This document shows, piece after piece, positions 36,614-46,184 of a stretch of 64,000 nucleotides of DNA. Under the pieces are notes generated by a model that saw nothing but the letters and a program-made list of their open reading frames with translations, was not told the DNA's origin and did not search any database. Location: the NCBI GenBank assembly GCA_964019425.1, contig OZ025783.1, positions 992,001-1,056,000 of the forward strand, written 5' to 3'. A program made the position numbers and the translations under genes. Numbering within the stretch: the stretch's first letter is position 1; each line of letters opens with the position of its first letter. The stretch comes from Flectonema sp. DT1601. Lineage: Eukaryota.

Positions 36614-39314
36614 TGTTGTGTGATTGCTGGTCACTGCAGGAAAGGTAATTTCATTGCTAACTACTGTGACAGTTACATACATTCGTCTTTATCGACAGAA
36701 TATAATATCGTCAGCAGAGTGAAAGAGGAATCAACTCAATCCGTGGAGGACTTGCTGACATTTCTGCTTCAACAGCAGTCATAGTTGTGTACACTGAAGA
36801 ACATAGGGATTACATTACAAATAGAACTCTGAGATCGTAAAATGAACAAACTGATGACAAACCTAACGAATATTACTAAAGGACAAGACATGTATAAGAT
36901 CGCTACCCAGGAAGCGGCGTTTTTTTCTTTTTTTTTTTTCCCGCAGCCATCCCCTCCCACTGGGACATTTTCAAGTACATTCCACCAATATAAGAGGAGA
37001 CGGTCAATGCTTCTCTCTGAAAGCATCACCCACGGGTGACGTAGAATGAAAAATTAAAAGCATTTATTCTTAAACGAATGCCGTAAGAGTTATGAGTTCA
37101 CTCTACAAACCACCGCAAGATTATGAAGAGTTTTTTAAAAGTAGTAGTGTGTCTCAACAAGGTAAAATCAAAACACACTACACAAAAAATTTCAATTGAT
37201 CACACAGTTGACAATGCTAGAAGAAATCCCTGAATGGGAGCGAAGAAGCAAGAACTCCTACATCGAAAGTCATGTTGTCTTGGCTGTGATCGGTAAGACC
37301 ATTGGGCTAGACGAATGTAGTTAATAATTAGTATATCAACAGTCGCAAGAGCAACTGACCTACTTCTTATCTGCTAGATTAGACAAAAGGAATAAACTGA
37401 ATTCAATAAATCTTCACAACATTATATAAACAAAGTCACCCATCAGCCTTCTTTTGTGGTAGCCAATATCGATTGAGAAAAGAAAAAAATGAATAATTAA
37501 GAATAATATAAAAAAGAAGAAAAAAAACTACAACTCATACCTACGGGAGAAATACACAAAAACCAAATAATTAAAAGAACCCTAAATAAGATCTTTTATA
37601 TGGGATCCAAAGAAAGAATAACTCACGGGAACGAATTTCTTTTTTTGGAGTATTTCCTCGAGTGCCAAGGAACACCTCAACAACAACAAAAGAATCGGCC
37701 AACTTCATTCTCATACTTTATTTTCTGCATCACTAGTTTTCAAGTTCAATTCCCGGTGGCCGAACCTTTTTCTGTTAGAAGCATAGAGAAGTCATTATCG
37801 GAGGAACTTTATTCAGGGCAGGGGGCTCGTCAACTAAGAAACAACACAGAATAGGGCACCGCACAGAACTTTCCTCAGCTATTAATTCCAGCAAGGTGCC
37901 CAGCACTTGTTGACTAAAGGAACAACGAAATCACCCTTTAAATTCGCTGATATAAACTAAGAGGAGAGAAACGCTATTAGTTTTCTCTCCATCTGTTATA
38001 TTTCATAGAAATCAGTAATTGCGCTACTACTACTTTTCCAAGTAAAAGTTTTCTCGGCATTCCTGCGCTTAATAACCTCAATTAGCACCCCGAAAAGATT
38101 TAAAAAAAAAAGAAGAAGAAAACACACAAAACACAACAACACTCGCTAATACAATAAATACAAAATAAATACACTTCTTACCGTGGGAAAAATTGGAAAA
38201 CTTATTGTTCTTTTTTTTGCTACAATTGCCGTGTAAAGAAAAAGTTCTTTCATTTTTTTTTTTTTTTTTTTTGTCTTTTTTGTGAAATTAAATTCATGGA
38301 AGCTAGGACAACTCTTCATCATTTATATATGAATGATGCTCTTTGTCGCGATGACGAAAAACACCAGAAAAAGAAAATCGGGGTTTTTACAACAAAATAA
38401 AAAAAAAACTAAAAACACTTTCCATACCAAATAACCATAACCCCCAGTTCAGAATTTTCCATCATTCAGCCGAGCAGACATGTTGCATGTGCTGTCTATA
38501 TTGGGAAGCTACTCCAAGAAGAAGATTTTTGGTATATCTTTGTACCTTCGTAGTATCAATGAATTCCGTAAAAGAAATAGAAGTGAACTTCGATTTTGTT
38601 TTTATTTATATTAAAGTCAGCCTTCGTGTTGTTGGAGATGGTAACAATAAAAGGAATCAGGTCCAAGAAGGTGCAGGTGTTATTTTTACTATTATTATTT
38701 TTTTTATTTACGAAGCCTGGGAAGCCAAAAATCAGGACAAGCTCAGGGAAACGGTTAGATCGCAGGTATGGATTCATTAACAAAAAAAAAAAAGAGGAAA
38801 AAAATAATAGGGAACAACAACACTCGGAGATCTTTGAATAAATTTATTATTATTTTTTTTTTTTTTTTTTTTCCATAAAACGACAAAAAAAACGGGGAGA
38901 ATTTTTTTTAAAAAAAAAAAAAAAATGTACAAAATACCAGAGAGGTGACTGTATCATACCTTTTTTTTTTCTTTTGTTTTTTTTTTTTAAATTGCCCGAT
39001 GGAATTGAAAACATAAATTAAAAGAAAACGTTTTTTGCATTAAATTACAACAAGAAATTTACTCGCAACTTTAGTGGACTACCACCGTTGAAGTTAACCA
39101 ACTGTTTTTTTTCTTACTTATGTATAATTTTTGTGTACATTATAATGATTATTTGCAGGAAAAACTTACAAAGGTGTATCGACGTTTTTTTTTTTTTTTT
39201 TTTTATATCGAAATTGAAATATCAATAAAACGGTCAGCTGATAGGTGAAAACAGACTTGTACTTACCCGATGTGAGTTTACTTGGCTCATTAAGGACAAC
39301 CCTGATTTCATCAT

Positions 39315-39315
<1 letters not shown>

Positions 39316-39353
<38 letters not shown>
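39316..39353. repeat. Poly(A) 38-mer, longest of many A/T homopolymers in the long intergenic regions
   Basis: Read directly. Confidence 0.95.
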
Positions 39354-39354
<1 letters not shown>

Positions 39355-40039
39355 ACATTGAAGACGAAATGTATTATGGTGAAGTGTGTTGTATTTATTA
39401 ACAATGCTTTCATCAGTTTAGTTGACTTATTTGGGCCTTTTTGTTTTATTTTTCTTTTCTCAAGTGAGAATAAAGGGGAAAATAAAAGAATAAGTACTAC
39501 ACTGTATGCAGACTTTGAGACTAGACAGGGAAATTTAGCGTCGTTTTGCTATTTTATAAGCGAATTCCGAGGTGGGAAAATAGAACTACAAAAAAGGACG
39601 AACACACACATTGTTACGAGTTTCGTGATTATTGTTGCTCACGTATCCGAAACTGGGTCGGAAAACATGTGTTGATTAACCATTTGGATTGCTTGAAAAA
39701 TTACACATAATTATTTTCCACAAACAGAAGAAAGAAATCTATATTTATATTCATTGTTAGAATAATCCCAATTAACTAAAATAAGACAATATAGCGATGG
39801 TTCTTTCCCTCACTACGCTGGAGTACTGCCAACCAACTCGCTGAATGCAGAGGATAGTTTCCTCAAACACTATCTCACCTGACGAAAACAAACCGGGGGG
39901 AAGGGTTCCCCACGCTTGCTTTTTTTATTATTATTTTTTTTTTTTTTTCTTTCTTTCCTTACCGTGTTGCCTATTATGTTTCTTTCACAATTGCCGATCG
40001 ATTTTTTTTTTTTTCTTTTCTTTAATAACTTTATGTACT

Positions 40040-40065
40040 TTATTATTATTATTATTATTATTATT
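40040..40065. repeat. (TTA)n microsatellite, ~8 units
   Basis: Read directly. Confidence 0.9.
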
Positions 40066-41903
40066 TTTTTTTTTTTTAATCTCACTGTACTGAACTGAGT
40101 GAAAGATTCACTTGTTTACTAAAATGCGAAAATACGTACCGTGCTTCTTGACACACCCTTTTTTTTTTTAATCCTCCAACGCAGAGAAGCGTATTATAAA
40201 ACAAGTTGGCTGAGATTCTTGGATATATACCAGAACAAGTATCTGAGGACAGCTGCTTTTTTGTTTAGGACAAACTTTTTTTTTTTTTTTTTTTTAAATC
40301 TCAAATGAAGCGGATGTATGTGTCAAGAAACGCGATAACAAAAAAAGAAAAAAAAAGTTTTAATGAAAAAAAAATAATAATAAAAAAAAAAAAAAAAAAA
40401 AAAAAAAATAGCGAGAAGTCACTTATATATCAGCTTTAAGTGTCTAAAAATTGCAACAAAAGCAGAATAAACAGCAAAGAAAGAGAACCCGGTACAAATA
40501 CACGATTTTGTACCTGCGGACTCATCTTTAATGAAGGGAAACGGTAGCAGTTCTAACCACTGGCTAAGTTCAGCGATAATAATAATAGCTTACCGCAGTA
40601 AAAAAAACAGAGGTGAATGATGTGGCACCGTTCATGGCACACTCGCGTGGGTCAAACGAATAAAAAAAGAAAGAAAAATATATAAGCAAAAAATGCAACT
40701 GCAACTACAAATAAACCACACGTAAGAAGATTTGTTAGAAAAGACGTACTTTTTTTTTTTTTTTATTGACATTTCTATAACTTCTCAGATAGAAACTACC
40801 CAATAAAGAGTTTTATATATTTTGTTGATCGCAGACAGTGTGACTGACGCACGGGGGAAAAGAATAACAACAACAAAAAGAAAACATAAGCATCATAGGA
40901 ATAGCAAAAGAACGGGAAGGAGAGGGGGGACTTGGATAAATAAGATGATAACCTCCTACAACAATAAAGAAAAAAAGAAAATACAATCTTTGCTCAACAG
41001 CAACACGACGTATATCGAAGAGAAAAACATGACACTCTGTCTGCCTAAACGCTTTGGTTGAAACCGTAAACTGAAAAAAATTCTCCTTCTTCACTTCAAG
41101 AACGCATTTTGGTGTGAACATTTAATAAGGTAAAGGAGTAAAAATAAAAATACAAAAAAAAAAAAGAATATATAAACAACCGATATTACAAAGCTACGTT
41201 AAGTAGTTGAGGTCGTTAGAGCTGCTGACCAAAATAATGGAAAAGTTAGCTGCGAAAGTTAATTATTTTTTTCAAAGTTTCCTTTTTTTTCTTTTTTCTG
41301 TTGTGTCCTCTCGTCGTCAGACCGTTCCTGATAGCCATCAAGTTATATCAAAAGAATATATGTCAGAAATTATCCATCAGACAACATTTGATTTTTTGCC
41401 CGACAAGGTGAGGGAAATACTTATGCCACTATCGTTTCGGGTTTTGATGGGTCATTTTCTTTCACTGGAGGAATGCTCGATTGCCTGCTGGGAGGAGGTG
41501 ACTGCCCACTACTTTCACTCGTTATTTTAACGTGAAAATTATTCCCCATACCACCGACAATTCCGGACAACTGAGAAACGATACCTCCGTTGTGGGCGGT
41601 GGACTTCAAGTGGCTTTGGTTTGCTGTATGGCTACTAGTAGGGAATGCTGCTCCACTGGGAAATGGAACCTGTTTTTTTTTTTTTTTTCTTATTTTTCTT
41701 ATACCTACAAACCCATTGTTCGGTAGAAAGAGAATTGTGGCAGCGTAACTAACCTATGTCTTTTTTAGGATCTTGTACCGGTTGCACACAAATAAAACAA
41801 AAGCGTGAGTAAAAAAGTAAAAAGTGAACTTTGCTGATTCTTTTTTTTTCTTGTTTGCACAAAATCCAACAACACACACACAATCTAATAAGTAACCACA
41901 ACA

Positions 41904-44900
41904 TTAACATACCGGATTACTATTCATTAGCGTAGCAGTTGCACGAGATCGGTTCGATGAATTATCGAAAGCCTGCTCTGAACTAATAGCCCGATCACCT
42001 TCTTGAATACTATTAAAACGACGAGACGAGGTTGCTGATTCCGGATGGTGTTCACCAACAGGTGAGAGGTTGAGAAGCGGATTATTGAGTATAGGATTTA
42101 CTTTAGTTTCTAAGTCCGGATCCACTGGTAGCGGAGATACCTTTGGAGGAGTTAGCTTTCCATGTTTTAGTTTTTCAAAGTCGATCCCTTTAAAGAATTT
42201 CGCTTTTTTGATCTTTTTTGGATTTGTTATCCTCAAGTCTGGTTTCTTTTGGAGAAGTTTTGTAACTATTTCCTTTGCCGACAATGGGAAGTTGGCTGGA
42301 TAAAGTGGATTACGCAATTCAATCAACTGAAAAGTGGTTTGCTGATCCATCGCAGCAAACGGAGTCGTATTCGTCAGCAATTCGAATATCACAATACCGA
42401 AAGTCCAGTAGTCAACAGCCTGATTATAACTATTATATTTAACAACTTCTGGTGCTAGATAATAAGGAGTACCACAGAAGGTATTCGACGTCAAACCAAC
42501 AGTTGCTATTCCCATGTCAGTTAAGACCGCATTACCTCTATCCACGCTGTCTAAGATGATATTGCTTGGTTTTAAGTCCCTGTATAGGATGTTATTTGCA
42601 TGCAGATGCTCCAACGCCAACAGCGTCTGTGCCATGTAAAATTTTGTTTGGACAAGTGAGAAACTACCATTTTGCTTTAAATGTTGACCCAAATCACCTC
42701 CAGTAAATAATGACATTACTAAGAACATAGAGCTTTCACCTTGAATTGCTTCTTCTAATCGAACAATGTAAGGATGCTGAATTAGCTGCATAATACTAAT
42801 CTCATTGAGAATACGTTCTTTGTCTTCACTTGTGTAGCTGATGTGTTTTAAAGCATAGCAAGTTCCAGTCTGACGATCTTGAACTTTTGTGACTTTACCA
42901 TAAGCTCCTTCACCAAGAACGCAGATTTCCATATACATTGAAAGAGGTCTCCTTGATAAACGTGGTCCTTCAGCTACGATACCAGTCGCTTTAGAACTAG
43001 ACTGTCTCAGTGCTTGAAGCCATGATTCAAGGTCACTACCTCCAACACTTGATGACTCAGGGATCGATAACCGGATTGGGCTACCGTCTGATAAATCTGA
43101 TAGTATGATTTGGTTCTTCTTTTGATTAAATTCAACTTTGACGAATTTTAAAATAATTCCACCAATTGGCATTCCATTATCGTCTTTGTTATAATAAAAT
43201 AAATAACTTCCACGAAGCTCACACCAAACTTCATTTTTCTCTTTACTTCCAACTTTTAATAGGAGTTGCCCACAGTGGGATGCCTGAGTTGTGATTTCTG
43301 AATCATAGGCTTTGATGTTATTTTCATTTATTACAAAGTGAGCCTTTTCGGCATCTCTAGTGAGACCTGATGCTTCTTCATTGAAGATGATATGACGAAC
43401 TCTGTAGACTGTACGACCTAATACGAATACAACAACGTTCCATAGCGCACATACTATTAACAAAACAGCATTCAGTACTAAGAATATGTGTGCTTTAGAT
43501 TCACCTCCACCATGAAGGTCTGTTATGACACTTGCTATGACTCCTGCATTACACCAAGCAATAAGTGAGTGAAGCATGTTTGACCCACGACTGCTGTAGG
43601 GTTGCGTGAGGGTGACAACACATGCGAATATAAATACAAAAACCAGCATTACCCATATCTTAATTCGACAACTCTCAAAAGAAGCTGTCTTGACTCCGAG
43701 AATGACTGAATACGCTACGAATTTGAGAGCTTGAATTCCCAGAAAAGTCGCATACTCCTCATGGAATTCATCAAACAGAATACCACACCTATTACAGAAA
43801 CCTCTATCAGGAAGATGCCACGAAGTCCAGAAACCCATATTAAGAAAGTAGCAAAGAGCTGCAGGCATTTTTGATGCCCTTTTAGAAGTATAAACTATTC
43901 GAAAAGCATTCCTATCGGTGTTAGCGATGTTGTGTGAGATGTATTGCGCTCGACACTTTGATGCCTTTCGTGGATTTGTTATGGTTCTTCTAATAAACCT
44001 AATTATCATGAAGGGAAGAACAATTCCATAAAATAACAACATAGCCATCGCTCCAATAATAGCAGCCGGGTGGTTTGGTTCCATCGCACTCACGATCGCA
44101 GATGCACTGCTCACGCTGTTGAAAAGCGTTAAAAACACAACGATGAACTGCAAGTTTGGAAACCAAACTGCCTCTTGCACATCCAGTAACGTCCATCCTC
44201 TCCCACGCATAATCACATAAAGGATAGCAATAACAATACCGTGTAAAGCAAAAGATCCCCCGAGTATGATGTATGAATGTAGGAGATGGGCTGCATGTTC
44301 TGAGGCAGGGTGTTCTGTTGTAATGTCACCATAAAATGGATTAACTATCCACGTTACTGATGATGATAGTTCTCTAATTTGAGATGGTGAACATACTTGA
44401 ACTCCAAGTAGTACTACGAGTTGGAGTTGAGTAACCGTTGTTATTGGTGCTGCTGGAGAACCCCCCGCAGCTATTTCAAGGAATAAGGATCCAGCAGCTA
44501 CTGATGTTGTTGCCGTACCAGCTATAGCAATAGCTTTCATAGACCCACAATCTGGTCCCTCCCATCCAGAGAGACATGTACAAGTACCTATTCCTTTAAA
44601 TCCATCTGAACAACCAGAAAAACAACCCGCGCTTACCAGACACTCTCCGTGTCCACTGCAAACGTTACCGTCACCACCTGGGCAAGTGTTACATTTTATC
44701 CCAAAAAACCCATTCTCACAATCGCTGCAATCGCTCAAAATTGGACTAGCACACGTTTTTCCAGCTGGGAAAGGGGCCGCAATGGTAACCGAGCCACTGT
44801 TTTTAAGAGGAATCCCAGAAGTGACCAACTGCCCACACGCTTTCAAGTCTTGGCAAACTGTTAAAATTTCCGTAGTGGTACTTGGCAATAATCTGTAAGC

Positions 44901-45725
44901 AACATCCTTACTGATGACGAAAGATAATGTGTTTGGAGGATATAAAGTTGCGAGTCCTGGCAAGAGTGATCCACGCCTGGATTCAAACCCAAACGGCTGA
45001 AGACTTGATAAGATATTTGAACTAATAATTGTGAGAGCTAATTTATCAGATTTCTTCCATGTATCACCTGTCAACACAAGAGACACAGAAAACTTTCCCG
45101 ATGCTAATTCACTACCCGAAGTTTTTACAGCCGACTGAAGCTCTGGACTAAGCGAAGTCGTAATAGAGAGCTTAGCCGGTGAAGGTTTAATTATCAACGG
45201 AGCTGATTCTTTTATTACAGCACCCCAAGGAACACTTTTTAATAATCCAGGATGGAGTGCGATATTAATAGTTTCCTCACTTGATATATCGTAAGTTGAG
45301 TCTAATAAGAAAGTAACAGCAAACTTCTGACAAGAAGTTCGATCAGCATTGCAGCTGCATTGGGCAGCTGGGAAGCCAGTTCCACAAGATGAGTCGCAGA
45401 CACAATTTACATTTGATCCCACGGGATCGGCATCAAGAAGTTTTTTCATCCGAAGTTTGAATCCAGTGTCGCAGTAGTTGTTACCATTGCATGGCTTGTC
45501 TCGAGGGACGAATATTGTTGGTAGCGCTCTCCTCACGCTACTGATTTCAAATTGATCTCCCTGTATTTCCAACATTACCCGCACCCCAGATCCCAGGTGC
45601 CCCTCTCTCAAATACGATTCTTGTAATCCAGACTGCGCTGAAGTCGTTACATTTACGATCAGGTCCTGAGCTTCTACAACCACAACCAGCAGACAAAACA
45701 AAACAGCCGTCAACATGACCCGCAT
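41904..45725 (-). CDS. Receptor-like kinase: signal peptide, Cys-rich/EGF ectodomain, multi-pass TM block, PH domain, AGC Ser/Thr kinase
   Basis: Single uninterrupted ORF: MRVMLTAVLFCLLVVVVEA; CSGHGEC..GTCTCLSGWEGPDC; ~7-9 hydrophobic segments; PH-like WCELRGSYLFYY..LESWLQAL; LGEGAYGKV, YALK, YRDLKPSN, TFCGTPYYLAPE, FFKGIDFEKL. Confidence 0.88.
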   Translation of the reverse strand: MRVMLTAVLFCLLVVVVEAQDLIVNVTTSAQSGLQESYLREGHLGSGVRVMLEIQGDQFEISSVRRALPTIFVPRDKPCNGNNYCDTGFKLRMKKLLDADPVGSNVNCVCDSSCGTGFPAAQCSCNADRTSCQKFAVTFLLDSTYDISSEETINIALHPGLLKSVPWGAVIKESAPLIIKPSPAKLSITTSLSPELQSAVKTSGSELASGKFSVSLVLTGDTWKKSDKLALTIISSNILSSLQPFGFESRRGSLLPGLATLYPPNTLSFVISKDVAYRLLPSTTTEILTVCQDLKACGQLVTSGIPLKNSGSVTIAAPFPAGKTCASPILSDCSDCENGFFGIKCNTCPGGDGNVCSGHGECLVSAGCFSGCSDGFKGIGTCTCLSGWEGPDCGSMKAIAIAGTATTSVAAGSLFLEIAAGGSPAAPITTVTQLQLVVLLGVQVCSPSQIRELSSSVTWIVNPFYGDITTEHPASEHAAHLLHSYIILGGSFALHGIVIAILYVIMRGRGWTLLDVQEAVWFPNLQFIVVFLTLFNSVSSASAIVSAMEPNHPAAIIGAMAMLLFYGIVLPFMIIRFIRRTITNPRKASKCRAQYISHNIANTDRNAFRIVYTSKRASKMPAALCYFLNMGFWTSWHLPDRGFCNRCGILFDEFHEEYATFLGIQALKFVAYSVILGVKTASFESCRIKIWVMLVFVFIFACVVTLTQPYSSRGSNMLHSLIAWCNAGVIASVITDLHGGGESKAHIFLVLNAVLLIVCALWNVVVFVLGRTVYRVRHIIFNEEASGLTRDAEKAHFVINENNIKAYDSEITTQASHCGQLLLKVGSKEKNEVWCELRGSYLFYYNKDDNGMPIGGIILKFVKVEFNQKKNQIILSDLSDGSPIRLSIPESSSVGGSDLESWLQALRQSSSKATGIVAEGPRLSRRPLSMYMEICVLGEGAYGKVTKVQDRQTGTCYALKHISYTSEDKERILNEISIMQLIQHPYIVRLEEAIQGESSMFLVMSLFTGGDLGQHLKQNGSFSLVQTKFYMAQTLLALEHLHANNILYRDLKPSNIILDSVDRGNAVLTDMGIATVGLTSNTFCGTPYYLAPEVVKYNSYNQAVDYWTFGIVIFELLTNTTPFAAMDQQTTFQLIELRNPLYPANFPLSAKEIVTKLLQKKPDLRITNPKKIKKAKFFKGIDFEKLKHGKLTPPKVSPLPVDPDLETKVNPILNNPLLNLSPVGEHHPESATSSRRFNSIQEGDRAISSEQAFDNSSNRSRATATLMNSNPVC

Positions 45726-46184
45726 GTGACTACAGTAATTCAAAAGCAAGCATGTAGGTAATAAGCTTGCTGTAAGTTTTCTTTTTCTCCCCTTCTATTT
45801 TTTTGTTCTGTGGTTTAAGGAAAAATAAGATGTGAAGAACAATTTTCCAACACTCCATCTCTTAATCAACAACAACCAACCTGACTCATCACAATTAATA
45901 AGTTACTTATTACCTGGTTGAAAAATAATAACACAACCGACAAGGACCACATCCTCGAAATCAAAGCTATTCCAGTGCTTCAGGCAGCAAGAAGAAAGCC
46001 ACTGGGCTAGCCATAACGTACAGAACAGAAATAAAAGAAAGCAGCAGGTAGCCACATGTATTATGGTACGGAAGGTAGGTTTTGTAGGGACCTCAGAGTG
46101 TTGGTTTTTGTATTGAGAAAATCACTTGCTTTTTTATCCTTATACATTCCGCCCATTTGCAACTACGAAGTGTAAAAAGAATTA

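Noticed and set aside
37854..37990. Short inverted repeats (gggcacc/ggtgccc; ggagagaaa/tttctctcc), and similar ones at ~24414-24433 and 33961-33975
   Set aside because: Stems of 6-9 bp are expected by chance in 64 kb and no shared motif links them.
39234..39316. Box C (ATGATGA) and box D (CTGA) ~80 nt apart on the minus strand, snoRNA-like
   Set aside because: No terminal stem or rRNA complementarity that I could identify; such motifs arise by chance. A snoscan run would settle it.
36769..41726. Short Phe/Lys-rich ORFs in intergenic regions (also 49350-52192 and 63620-63928)
   Set aside because: Translations of A/T homopolymers with no coding signature.
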